64,000 nt of DNA, taken from Euglena gracilis (taxonomy: Eukaryota). The translations under genes and the position numbers were made by a program. This document shows positions 1 through 12,364 of this stretch, one piece after another. The DNA is taken from the NCBI GenBank assembly GCA_039621445.1, contig CP154954.1:7327425-7391424 (forward strand), given 5' to 3'. The notes under the pieces were generated by a model. The model was not told the origin of the DNA and ran no database searches. It saw only the letters and a program-made list of their open reading frames with translations. The first letter of the stretch is position 1. Each line of letters starts with the position of its first letter.

Positions 1-3000
1 GGAGAAAGCACGGGAAGAAGTGGCGGCGGCAGAGGAGGCGAAGAAGGTGCGGAAGGTGGTGGTGCGGCCGTGGCAGCACCTCCCGAACCGGCCGTTCACG
101 GTCGGCCGGATGGAGCACCGTGGGGGGTGCTACCAGCTGCTGATGGACGTGGAGGTGGAGGCAGGCGGGATGAAGGTCCAGACGAAGGCGTTGATCGATC
201 CGGGGGGGCAGACCTCCCTCGTGAAGAAGGAGCTGTTCCCGGAGTCGGTGTTCCACGCGGCAACAAGACCCTTGGTGCTGCGCACGGTGAGCGTAGAAGC
301 ACTACCCGGAGGACAACGAGAAGCAGAGCTGAAGCTGTCCTTCGCGGCCCAGACTGATGACGAGGAGCGGAGACCGAGGACGTGGACGACGAAGGTGGTG
401 GCGTACGACGGCTGCATCAGCACGGATATGATCCTGGGGTATCCGTGGCTGCGGGAGAACCGGCTGGAGGTCCAGCCATGGCGCGACACCTTGCAGCTCC
501 ACGCGGACCCAAAGTGGATCCTGAGGCGGCGTGGAGACGAAGAGAAGAAGGAGGAAGATGATGATGAAGACGAAGACGAGCTGGACGGCTACCTCTCCAC
601 GGTGAAGAAGATGCGGCAGCTGACCACGGACGAGGGCACAGACCGAGTAGTGGCGATGATGCTGAAGGAGGCCGAAGAAGCGGCGAAGGCGGTGCGAGGG
701 GTGGTGGAGACGGAAGATGATGTCGACCATCCCTTGGCGCGGCAGCTGCGGGACGAGATCATCAACGAGTTCGAAGGCCGGGTGTTCCGTGAGCGGGTCT
801 GGCCGTGTCCCCCGGCGCGGGGCACCCATGGGAAGGCAGTGCTGAGGCTGAAGCCGGGAGCAACCCCGGTGGTGGGCCGGATCATCAACCTCAAGGGCGA
901 GCGGCTGGAGGCCCTGAGGGAGATGGAGCGGGAGTGCCTGGCGGACGGCAAGCTGGAGGCGGGGCGGGGGCCGTGGAGGGCGGCCGCCTTCCCCATCCGC
1001 AAGAAGTCGGGCAAGTGGAGGCTGGTGTGCGACTACAGCTTGACCAACAAGATGCTGCAGATGGACTCCTACCCCCTACCGCTGACGGAGGACATCGTGA
1101 GCGAGCAGGCGAAGTGCGAGATCTTCTCGACGGTGGACCTGCGGGACGCCTTCCACCAGGTGGCCATGGCGGAGGAAAGCCGACCCATCACCAACATCCA
1201 CCTGCCCGGCGGCCTCTGGCAGTGGACCGTGGTGCCCCAGGGCATCAACGTCGGTCCGGCGCTGCTCCAGAGGGACATCGACGCGACCTGCCGCAACGTC
1301 TCCGCCCACACCCCACCCCTACTTTGACGACATCCTGGTGAGCACGAGGCGGCTGCCGGGGTGGAGCGACGAGGAGCTGATCAGGCGGCACGCGGGGGAT
1401 CTGCGCGAGACCCTGCGGGCGCTGGAGGCGGATCGGTGGGTGGCGGATAAGAAGAAGGCGCAGCTGTTCCGCAAGAGGGCGGAGTTCGTGGGGCACGTGC
1501 TGGTGGAGGGCAAGCGCGTGCCCGCGAGCGGCAAGCTGGCGGCGGTGCAGCGGTGGCAACCCCCGGCCAATGTGATGAGTTTGCGCGCTTTTCTCGGCCT
1601 CTGCAATTATTATTCAGGGTATGTACGTATGTACTCGGAGCTGGTCGCCCCCCTGCAGGAGAAACTGAAGCTACCGCGGGATTTGTCCCGGGCAGGCAGC
1701 AAGCACCCCATCGGGTGGTCCGCGGCCGAGCTGGAGGCATTCGAGAAGCTGAAGGCAGCGCTGGTGGCGGACCTGGAGCTGTGGCACGTGGACATGAACA
1801 AACCGTTCGTGTTGCGCACGGACGCCTCTGACTATGCGGTGGGCGCTGTGCTGGAGCAGCTACCGAAGGTGGAGGGCATCCCCTCGGTGGAGGAGCTCCT
1901 GAAGCCCGGGGCGACGGTGGCGCTGCGCTTCATGAGAAGGAAGCTGACGGAGGGGCAGCGGCTGCGGTGGGACACCCGCGAAAAGGAGACGTACGCGGTG
2001 GTGAGCGCGCTGGACAAGTGGGGCGGCTACATCACCGGGCAGAAGGTCCTGGTCCTGACGGACCACCGGTCCCTGGAGAGCTGGTACAAGGAGCACGTCT
2101 CCCGGGGATCGGGACCGCAATGCCGGCGGGCGAGGTGGCACTCCAAGCTGAACGAGCACACGGTGCAGGTGGTGACGCGCTGTCGCGGTGGGCGTACCCG
2201 GCCAGCCAGGAGTACCGAGACTCCTGCTGGCACTGGACGGCAGCGGACGCCGAGGAGATGGAGCAGCATATCCGAAAGAAGAAGGCCGCGGAGCGCAGCT
2301 GCCGGAAGGCAGTACACCCGGTGGATAAGGTGTGCCCCCTCCCAACCGCAAATGCGGCATCCCCATCACCGCCAGCCGGGACACCGGCAGCCACGGCGGC
2401 ATCGGCCGGGACACCGGCATCCGAGTCGCGCCCGCCGGGATTCCGGCAGCCGGAAGTCGGGCAATCCGACCGCCGCCCCCACCGAACCCCACCACGCCGT
2501 CTGCGACTGCAGCACTGACCGTGCGAGCGCCCAGTGCGACAGCGCTGGCATCGCCCGGGCAGCCCGAGCAGGTGCAGCACCCAGCGTTGTCCGCGCAGCC
2601 CAAGCAGCAGCAGCAGCCCGCCACACCACGCACCGTGCAGTTTTCCGTACGGCCAGCCGCGGCACGGGCAGCAGCACCCGCCGTGCGATCCCTGTCCGCC
2701 GAGCAAGCACGGTCCACGCCCGCGGCCAGCGCACGCAGCATCCCACCGTCCGCAGCGATCGCCGTGACAACCCGAAGCCATGCGGCCGTCAAGCCGCCCG
2801 GTGCCGCCGTCCCGAAGAAGCCAGCCGGGAGAGTGGTGCCGTCGGCCGGCCCACGCAAGGTGGGGGGGCACCCCAGCCCTCCCGCCGTGCCGCCTGTGCC
2901 GTGCCGTACCGGTGGCAGCCGCCGTGCCGCCTGTGGCAGCTGCCGTGCCGCCAGCTGCGGCCACCCCGGCCGCAGCCCCACAAGAAGAGGACCAGGACCT

Positions 3001-6000
3001 GATGGCGATGGACTGGAGTGATGCGTATGAGAAGTGCCCAACGTTCAAAGAGCCGTGGCAGGCCATCAAGCGCGGCCGGCCATGGCCCACCGGCTACCGG
3101 AAGGAGGCAGGCAAGCTGGTGAAGGATTCCGCCTGGTGCGTGCCGGATGCCCTGACCGAGCGGGCAATCCGAGAGCAGCACCGGGCGTCGGGGCACGTCC
3201 GTGGTGAGCGCCTCCTCGATGAGGCCAGCCGGAACTTCCAGTTTGCGGTGCCCTCCCGAGCACGCGAGCTGGCGGGCAAGATTCTGGCTGTGTGCGAGCT
3301 CTGCCAGGCGTCGGAGCACCCACACCAACCCCTCCGGCTCGGCATCAGGCCACGCCAGTGCCGCCCCATGTGATGTGTTCGGTGAGCGTGGATCTGTTCC
3401 AGATGCCTGAGGTGGAGGTGGAGGGCGGCAAGCTAATGAACGTGTTCGCAGCATGCATCGATCGGCACTCCGGCTGGGCGATCGCAACCGTGCACCACAC
3501 CCGCGGGCTAACGGCGGAGGCGGTGGCTAAGGCTATGTATGAGCAGTGGGAGCAGTTCGGCGTGCAAAGCGTCATCACGTCGGACAGGGGCCCCCACTTC
3601 GTGGGGGCCTGGTGGAGGGCAATGTGCGCAAGACTGGGCGTGCGCCATGCCTTCTCCCAAGCATACCACCACGAAGGCAACGCCCGTGCGGAGGTCCTCG
3701 GCGCGCAGACCCAGAAGCGGCTGAAGAAGATGAAGGCGGCGGAGGGCGTGGAATTGCCGGAGGCGCTGCCGCGGGCCCTGCGGACCCTGCATGACAGTGC
3801 TGGGCCCAGCGGCATGAGCCCCTTCCAGGTGCTCTTCGGCCGCGATCGGTGGTATGGCGGGGTACCGTATCAGCCGCCCACGCGAGCCGAGGACGCGGTG
3901 GCCTTCTTCGAGCGCATGCAGGACATCGATCATCGTGTTGCGAAGATCCTGAATAAGGAGCACGGCAAGACAGACGAGGCGGTCAACAAGCAGAAGAAGG
4001 AGCTGCCGGAGCTGGAGATCAACGACAAGGTCTGGTATCTCCGCCCGCGCACCCGCACCGGCGAGAAGCTGGAGACGTACTGGATTGGGCCGTGCGTGGT
4101 GGCAGAGCGCACCAGACGTACGTGCTCCAGATGGAGGATGGCCGGAAGCAGGTGGCACACCGATCCCAAATCAAGAGCTACCGCCACGATCCAGCGCTCA
4201 TGGGGCCACCACTCCGTCTCTTCCACTTCCGCCAATCCAGGCCGGAGGAGGGTTCACGGCTGGACGAGTGGGAGGTGGAGGCGGTGGTCACCCACCGGCG
4301 CGATGCCAACAGCGACCTAGAGTTCCTCGTCAAGTGGCTGGGGTACGAGGAGAAGACGTGAGAGCCGCTGCGGCACTTCTTCCACCGGTACGCCTCCCCC
4401 ATCGTGTCGTACTTCGTCGAACACGACATTGAGGAGGACATCATGAAGTACCTTTCGAGGTTCCCGGAGGAAGCCCACATCGCCATCTGCCACGCCGTGG
4501 AGATTGAGAAGGAGAAGGAGAAGGAGTTTGGGCTGTCCTGGGAGGAGCCACCAGAGGAGTGGATGTTGCAGGACCCCGAGGACGGAGATGTATTTAGAGA
4601 AGGTGATGATTCTGGTGGCGACGATGATGCAGGTGATGGAGGAGACGAAGGAGATCGACACCAAGAAGACGGAGGAGATGCTACCACGGCGGGTCCCCAA
4701 CAAGCGGCCCACACCAGATACCCGGTCAGGGTCCACAGGCAGCCCGCGGGCGGCGAGCACCCCGTCTCCGTGCGATCCGCGTCTGCGAGGGATGCGCTCT
4801 CCCGCGCTTCCCTTGCCCCAGCTCCACCGTCCACCACCCCATCACTTCCCATGTCGCACGCGTACCCACCCCGCAGTCCAGGCGTACCTCAGAGACCCGG
4901 TCCCGAGTCTCCCCTGCCCCCACGGGTAGGGGTTCCCGCCCCCGCGTGTCGACCCGCAGGGACGCCCCAGCTCGGGATCCCCCCCCCCACCGGGGGGCCC
5001 CGTTCTCGTGCACCCCCATGACCCGTCCCTGCGGCGAGGGGGCACCACCACCGGAGGCGTGCCCCTGCATGGCCACGGTGCGACCCGGCCCTTCCTTCCC
5101 AACAAGGAGGCCACCCCTGCCCCCTGCCCACACCCCATGGGGAAATGGAAAAAGCCTGGCGTCAACCTGGGATTTTCTCCATGGTGGTCGTGTTCCAGTT
5201 CATCTTTCTGTTCCTTCCCCTCGCCTTCGACGCTCAGGAAAGGCGGCTGGCAGCGCGCGCGCAGGAGCTGAGCTGTCGTCCAGGAGATGCGGTGACGTCG
5301 GCGGCAGCTGGCTCACGCCCTACTGACCTGATGGATACTGTGGAGGCTCTCACCCACCAACCCAACCGCTTACTGGTGTGCCACCCATCCCCTCTCATCC
5401 CCAACCGAAGCTGAGCCACGGTGAGCCCGGACAGAGGCCGAGCCAGGAGAAGGGAGACCGGAGATAGCCCAGAGAAGAGAGAGAGAGGAGAGGAGAGGAG
5501 AGCGACGAAGCACGGGGGCGAAAGCCCCGGGGAGAGGCGAGCAAAGAAGGAGAGGAAAGGAGAAGGAAAGGGGACCCAAGGGGGGAAACCCAACCGACCC
5601 CGGGGGCAAAGGGGGCAAAGGGGGCCCAGAGGGGACCCAGGGAAGACCAAAGGACCCGGACCGGGGGCACCCAAGAGCGGCCCAGGGGGGCCGCCCAGGA
5701 CCACCCGGGGCCGGGGGGGGGGACGCACGGCCCAGGGGGGCCGGCAAAAAGAAAAAAAAAGCGGCCAGGGGGCAGCGCCCACACCCCGGGGGGGGGGGAC
5801 CCAAGAGCCCCCCAGGGGGGCCGCCCACGCCCCCGGGGGGGGGGGTGGGGGGGGCGCCAAAAAGCGGCACATGGGGGCCGCCCAGACCCCATGGGGGGGG
5901 GCGCCGAAAAGCGGCCCAGACCCGGGGGGGGGGGGGGGGGAGGGGGCACGGCCCGGGGGGGCCGGCAAAAAAAAAAGCTGCCAGGGGGACCGCCAGCCCC

Positions 6001-6422
6001 AAAGGGGGGGGGGCAACCGAACCCAGACAGGAGCACCCACCAAGAAGAGCCAAGGAGAGCCAAAGCCCGAGCCCAGCCAATTCCTGAGGCCAGCCCGCAA
6101 GGCCGGACGACGTCAGCAGCGACGCTCACCGAACGCCTGCGGAGCACGGCCAGGGATTGGCTGGCGTCCACCCCCACCCGGACCACAGGAGCCCGCCCGC
6201 AGCCGGCACGCCAGGCAGCGGCGCAACGAAGGACCGGGGAGCCCCGGCCAGGCTCCTGTGGCAGGGGGGCGAGAGAGGCAGCGGCCAGGCCCGGCAGCCG
6301 GAGGCAAGGCCGAGGAAGGGGAGAGTTGGCGGACCGGCCGCTGCACCTTCCATTGCCATTGTTGTATATAGCGAACCACTGCGTTAATTCAGCATAAAAA
6401 TAGCGCAAACCGCTCTCTAACA
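1..6422 (+). mobile_element. Degenerate Ty3/Gypsy (chromodomain-containing) LTR retrotransposon, 5' part outside window
   Basis: PR-RT-RH-IN-chromodomain order in 1-4420. The right boundary is tentative: an AT-rich segment at 6360-6422 ends in ...CTCTCTAACA, resembling an LTR 3' end, but no second LTR is available to confirm it. Confidence 0.85.
20..4420 (+). pseudogene. pol: Gypsy pol polyprotein (protease, RT, RNase H, integrase, chromodomain), frameshifted
   Basis: Protease ALIDPGG...ILGYPWL. RT KWRLVCDY, DLRDAFHQV, PQG and YFDDILV (~1320, after a frameshift). RNase H TDASDYAVGAVL, EKETYAV, TDHRSL. Integrase HRASGH..CELC, VDLF, SDRGPHF, GNARAE and GPY/F-like IGPC. Chromodomain WEVEAVVTHR..EFLVKWLGYEEKT*EP, with TGA at 4359-4361 replacing the conserved W. 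Frame breaks near 1318, 2170, 2450-2910, 3350 and 4110. Confidence 0.92.
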
Positions 6423-6919
6423 GTTCTGTTTTTCACTGCAGGCTCCCTCTCTTTACCTGTGGTTTCAATTCAAGATTGTGCCTGCTGAATCAAGACCAAG
6501 GTCAAATTATATCAATTTTCAAGGCAATTCAAAGAAAGGAACTGGATCCAAGGAAGTACAAAAGTTCAAAAAAATCAAAATCCCAAGGGCGGAGCAAGCA
6601 AGGGATTACAAAAAAGATTGGTTATCTGCTGGCGCAGGAGAGCAGTACAAGCCCAAAAGGTGTTGGTGCTGGGGTATCTGATGCCTAGGGGAGGGCAACC
6701 AGGCCTTTTCCTAAACCCCCCCACTGCCGGAAGGGACGCCAAGCCGGACTCCCCACTCCAACCACTCCCCAAAAAGGAGGGCCTTTGGTCCCCGGGAAAA
6801 AATCCTACGTGGGAAGGGGAGTATCCCGAACCTACCCCTCTCCCCAGAGCCCATCGCGCCTACACCCCACCTCGCCGGTGCCCCCTCACGGACCCCCGGG
6901 AGTGAAGGCTGGGCAAAAA

Positions 6920-9900
6920 CAACATCGTTCGGGAAACTGTCTTTTCTGAAAAATTGAAGGGTTTGGTGAACGATGTTCAGGTTTAGGGTATAATCCCCTG
7001 GGTCCCTTTGCTCCCCGGTCAGGGAGTCTGCCAATTGCTCTCTTGTGGGAACCTAAACCACCTGCAAATTGGTTTGCTTTTTGCTTGCTTTTCCTGACAA
7101 TGATACAGAAGGGTTTTAAGACGGAATTTAGGTATGGCTTTCTGTCTCCCCATTTTGTTAAATAACTTACAGCCACCTTGCTGTCCACATGAAGTGTTAT
7201 TGTTTGTCTTGGTTTGGCCAGACTTTTTACTGCTGACATCAACTCCTTTTGGTTGATGTGAAAGATGTGCAGGTCCCCCCAAAAAACCTGCACTTTTTGG
7301 CCTGAGGTTTTGTCCACCCCCCCCCCCACTGCCAGGTTCTGCTGTCTGAGAACAGTTCCTGAGAGGCCTGGGATTGAAAAGCTCTGCCCACACCTGGCTG
7401 CAAAAACGCTTTTAACTCCATAATTTGATCTTTGACCCCCTGGGGAATGGTTAGGGTGTGCTCCCAACCCCACTTTGTGTGCAAATCCACCATTTTTGCA
7501 AAGTTGATCTGTCAGAATTTTGAGAAATGGCATTGAGACTAAATAGCTTCTGACCTGCCCCACAAGAAAAAGAGTTTTTTGCTCTTTTTGTAGCTGGCCT
7601 TTTGGCTTTTTTTTTTTAGTTTTCCAGCCTTGTGGGTTTTTGCTCCATTTCTTGGCCCCTGGGGCTCCCTGATTTCCAGTCATTCATCTTGTGAGGTTTT
7701 TACTCCCTGCTGTCCCTTTTTTTTCTGGGGGTTTCTCTCGCCATGAACCTTTGCCTTTCTTCTTTCTCCCCCTCTGCTTTTCATTGTCTTGCAAACATGC
7801 TTTTTTCCTTTCATCTCTTTTCAATTTCCCACACTTTCTTCTCTTTCTTCCCATCCTTCTTGTTTTCTTTAAGTATGAGAGTCTTTTCCTTCCAGTCTTC
7901 CTTTGTTTTTTGCTTCTTTTTGACTCCCTTTTTCTGGAAGAAATTTTTCCCTGCTCGTCTCTCTCAGATTTGTGCTGTGAGCACTTTGCCTGGCTCCTTT
8001 CTTAAGGATTTTAGTCTTTCCTGTGGAATTTCCAGCTGGCCTTTTTTAAAATTGACCCACTGGCCCAAATGCCTTCTCTCCTGTGTGGATTCCCGACAGG
8101 ATTTGTGGAGGTTTAATCTGAAACCTGCCAGGTCCTGTTTTTTTTCTGCCAAATGCTGGGCTGCTGTCTTTTTGCTGGGGGGTAACTGCAAAATGTCGTC
8201 CAGGTAGATGAAAACTACCTTTCCCTCCTTTCTCCGTTTTCTTTCCCAGACTCTCATGAGTTAAAGCTGATGCCGATGCAAGCAGCTTGAAATTGCCAGG
8301 TTTCTCCCCCCACCTGCATGCAAACATGCTTATTCAAGCTGCTGCGCAGCTTCAGATGAAAATAAGCATCTTTCAGATCAATTTTTCCACAAAACCAACC
8401 TTTTCTTAAACATGGGAAGATATTTCCCACGTGCTCCAGGCTGAACTTCTGGGGGGTGAAGTGGAGATTTAACTGTCGACAGTCTGAAATCGGTCTCTCC
8501 TTTGTCTTTTCCCCTTCTTTTTTTGGAAATGATGAAGTAAGGGTGCAAAACGATTTGCATCCTCTGGGGGGATTTGCTTGGGATTTGTTGCCCCTGCACA
8601 TTCGTATTCTCTCAGAATTTTCTGGGCAGTCATTGTTTCTTGGTTGGTTTTGAAGGGAACTTTTAAGGACATTTGAGGGGGGAGGGGAAGATCTGCCATA
8701 AACCCTCCCCTTACCAGGTTTAATACCTCTCTGCTGGCTCCTGCCTTAACCCAATGGGGAATGCTGGCCTGCAGGGCTTTGTAAGGGGGTACCCCTGGGT
8801 GTAATGTGTCTGGGGATTCCACAGGCCCCATCGCTGAGTCCTTCTCCCTGCCTGCCCCATCACTAGGGTCACCCATGGCAGCACCATCACTGGGGCTGCA
8901 GCTGGCCCTGCCATATGGCTTTCCAAAGGCAGGCTTTCTCCCTGTTTTTTTGAATGATGGGGGAAGGTCTGTGTCTGCACTGGGGAGGTACATATAAGGC
9001 TGGGATGATTATCTTCTGGGGGGGCCTGTCTGAGCCAATCTTGGCCCCCCCCCCCAAGGGCTGATGCGGTGTGGATGGACTTGATTGTATTGGCCACCAT
9101 TTGCCTTCAGGGCCATTTGGCCTCCATTGGCACTCAGGCCTGCTTGGCCTCCATTGGCCTTCTCTCCAGAACTTCTTGTCTCTTGTCTGTCCCTCTTGAT
9201 TCCCCATATAGGCCACCTTGGCCTGTTTTTGGCATTAGCTTGCTGCTCCTGGGGGGTTTGTGTCTGAAATTGCTGGGGGGAAAGTTCGACATACCTTTCC
9301 CCAATGGGATCTTTCCAGCATGGGGTACTGGCTGCCATATCCTTGCCCCTGGACCCACTGCCCTCTTGAATGATGGCTGCCATAACATTGATGCTGGACC
9401 CCAGGTCCTTTTGGATGATGGCTGTCACAGCCTTGATGTTGAATTGAATCCCTTGGGTTTCTGATATTTGTTGAAAGGCTGCCATAGCCCTTGCCTTGTC
9501 CCCTGGAAGGGGAGGACATGGAAAAAGGGGGGAGTTTGTTGGACCTGTGATGGTATTTCCCTTCGGTCTTCTTGTCTTCCTCACCACAGTTGTCCATGGT
9601 CCATGGCAATTCTCATGTTGGGTGGGGGATTTTGAAATCTCTGATGTGGTGGGCGGTGGGGGGGGTTGCGATGGCAACGGACTGCCGTGTTGCTGCCGCC
9701 CCTCCAGCTTCTGCAGCTGCTGCTGTGTCTCCACCTTCCCCAGCTTCAGCTGCCTTCTTGGAATATCTTTGAAGTCCTTCTTGGCAGTTTGGCTTTATTT
9801 GAGATTCATTATTCATGAAAGTCCAGTTGTTGACCTAGTTTTAGTAAGTGCAAGGCTTCTGGTATTAATTCCAGTTGAACTCGAAGAGTTGAATTCGTCC

Positions 9901-10160
9901 TCCAGAAAGTTGAAGGTCCGAAAAAAGTCCCGTCCACCAGTTGATAAAGTAATGGACTTCGTGAATATGGTACTCCTCATAAAAATTCCACTTGAACTCG
10001 TAGAATTAAAGTTCTTTCTCCTTGAGGTCGAAGGGCAGAATTAGGAATCAGCCAACTCTGGCAACAAAAAACAGTAAGAAGCACCTCCCGCACACAAACT
10101 CCAAACACAACAGCCAGCAAGGAAAGAAGTACCTCACCATCTCGCAGTGCGGAGCCCGAA
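6920..10160 (-). mobile_element. Degenerate DIRS/Ngaro-type (tyrosine-recombinase class) retroelement fragment: gag-like ORF, RT, RNase H, start of MT domain
   Basis: RT motifs RPISDCRQLN..FSLE, KIDLKDAYFHL and FIYLDDIL (8195-8206). RNase H LFSDS..WGG, HINQKEL, LHVDSKVAVSYL and WVPT..LADSL, then DYTLN..DVVFA, typical of DIRS pol. Upstream Pro/Gln-rich gag-like ORF at 9009-9816. No recombinase was seen. Confidence 0.8.
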
Positions 10161-10309
10161 TGGTCCACAGCTCCCCTACTCCAAGTCCGATTCAGCACTT
10201 TGGCTGTTTATCTTTTTCTTGTGTGAGTCGATCGCGCGCAATGCGCGGACCGAATTGCGGTCGTCCTCCAACGAGGTCTCGGAGTACTCATCCACCTCCC
10301 TGCCCGATA

Positions 10310-10900
10310 CCTCGGGCTCCGCACTTTTGCCATTGTGAGGCCATGTCTTGATCGCCTGGCGGTTTGTTGTGATTGTTCTGGTGTGCGTGGTTAGGAGTCC
10401 CTGCTTAGTGCCGTTTTTCCGTCGGAGTTGGCTGATTCCTAACTTGCCCTTCGACACCCAGAAGAAAGTAAAAGAGTTCACGAACGAAGTAGTTCCGAGA
10501 AAAAAAGTCAATGTCAATTCAATATCCAGAAGAACACGAACCAGACGAATAGCAATTGAGAACAATGCCGTGGAGCAGAAATTGGAATTTTTTGGCAGCG
10601 ACCGTCCTGGAGCAGTGGCCCCAGCAGCTGGAGACCTTGGAGATGCGGTCAACCCACGGCAAACCGTAGCATTTCTCCCCCCCCCCAGACCCCCACCCCA
10701 GAAATTTCCCAGCCCAACCACCCCCCAGTGACGGCCACGGTGCTTGGACCACTGTGGCCTGAAAGCCCAGAAGACAGAAGTCAGCCCCAACCCTTCGTGG
10801 GCAAAGGAGGGGCCACGGGTGCCCAAAATACTTCAGATTTGAACAACCAAAGGCCACACATCAGGGGAATTTCCCCCAAAGGCGCCCAGTCGCCTGTGCA
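10310..10900 (+). mobile_element. Second, truncated copy of the DIRS-like 5' region and gag N-terminus in opposite orientation
   Basis: 10426-10455 is the reverse complement of 10027-10057. The + frame reads QQLETLEMRSTHGKP..DGHGAWTTVA*KPRRQK, matching QQLQKLEGRQQHGSP..NCHGPWTTVVRKTRRPK of the minus-strand gag. Confidence 0.75.
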
Positions 10901-10934
10901 GAAACTGGCAAAAAGATGGGAAGATGTAATCACT

Positions 10935-11320
10935 TTGGGGTTTAGTGTCTGGGAGGAGGAAAGAAAGTCATGCGAGTTCGTACACAGCACAGTGGTTGAA
11001 AAGTGAGGGAAGGAGGGCAGTGTGGTCTGTCGCCCAAGCTGCCGCAGCGTTCGGCCTCGTCTGGGTGCTATCTTGCTTTCTCTATGGCTTTGGCTACTCC
11101 CGCAACGGGAGTAGCCAAAGGGCCGCATGGTAGGGGTGCTCCTCTCGCACTCATGCTGTATACCCGCAATGCCCTCTTTTCAGTGTGACGGTTCTCTGTT
11201 TGTTTAAGGGTTCGGATTATTTCTCCCCCCAGGTCGACTCGACTGCACAGTGTCTAATTGTTGCAAGTGAAAATCCCAGTGGACCTCAGATGGGGGTCTA
11301 GGGGAAGGTTAACCCACCAC
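10935..11320 (+). pseudogene. Inverted duplicate of the last intron end, last exon and 3' flank of MAPEG paralog B
   Basis: Clearly alignable to the reverse complement of ~16885-17295. Encodes [24 protein letters not shown], then loses the frame. Confidence 0.85.
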
Positions 11321-11776
11321 CAAGGACAGCCCACATGGTTGGGCACAAAATTAATTTGTTGTGGTCTTTGGATGGTAAAAGTCCTTTAACTTCAGAAAGA
11401 GTGAACTCCCTTACCAAATAAATTTTGCAAGAGGTGGGGGGTGGACACCACCCACTGGAAACCTCACAGCACCAGAGCGTCTGGGGTTTTATGGTGGAAA
11501 AATGCTGGTTTGCAAGTGGAAGAAGTCCAGCAGTCCAGCAGCTGGGTCAGTGGAAAAATTTGGGGCCTTCCAAGCTCATTTTTTGCGACACGGTGTCGTT
11601 TCAAAAATTCAAAACAAATGGCCCAAAGGGGGTGCACAGTACCTCACCATCTCGCAGTGCGGAGCGCGAATCATACATCTCTCTAAGGCTTTGCGAACCC
11701 TCCGCAGGTGGGGCAGCTGCAGCCAGCGTCGATTTGGGCCCAGCACAGCCGCAGCAGCCCCTCCCCCCGGGGGGGG

Positions 11777-12059
11777 TGGTGCGATTCCGGGGTCCAACCC
11801 CTTTCTGAGGTCCTTTGGAATCTTTTATCACTGCAGTGCAACTTTCTTCTGTAACCTTGCAAACGCCCTCAGAGCTGGGCCTGGTCCCTTAAAAGGACCT
11901 CTCGCAGGCCAAAATTGATCGTTTCAGTAAAATCCTTCGCCAGTTCCAGATATAATATCTCAATGTGTTGCAGGCATTTTACACAGTGAATTAGGATTGG
12001 CCAGTTCTACCCAGAGCGCTAACATACAGAAACAAGCTGGCCGCCATCTACAGCTTATA
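11777..12059 (-). repeat. 3' LTR (283 bp, TATAAG...CACCA)
   Basis: Direct repeat of 13391-13673; terminal bases slightly mutated. Confidence 0.92.
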
Positions 12060-12070
12060 CTCCCCCTCCC
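12060..12070 (-). promoter_or_regulatory. Polypurine tract
   Basis: GGGAGGGGGAG abuts the 3' LTR and is preceded by a GACAGCC/GGCTGTC hairpin (12073-12094). Confidence 0.85.
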
Positions 12071-12364
12071 ACGACAGCCACCAGGGGGGCTGTCAGAGAA
12101 ACTTCAGGGCTTCAATGTTGAAAAATCAAAAAAATCGTTGTAAGCATTTTGGGCAAAGAAAGCCACATCCGTAAACATGGGGGGGGCATCCTTTGCGAGC
12201 CACCTGTGAGCATCAACCTTAGAGCCCAACAGTAGCATCGAAAAGGAGTCCCCAACAGGTTGGAAAGTGTCTTCGGGGGGCCAAGGAGCATCCTTACTGG
12301 GCCACCTGAGAGCATCCCAATGAGCCCTTACAGGAGCACCAACAAAGAGCCCACAAGGCACCAC

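Noticed and set aside
5234-6408. 300-aa Gly/Pro/Lys-rich ORFs on both strands
   Set aside because: Low-complexity, homopolymer-rich sequence without stops; no domain motifs.
6423-6920. Expected tyrosine recombinase or rest of the MT domain of the DIRS-like element
   Set aside because: No RHRY-type or NPP motif found; the element appears truncated here.
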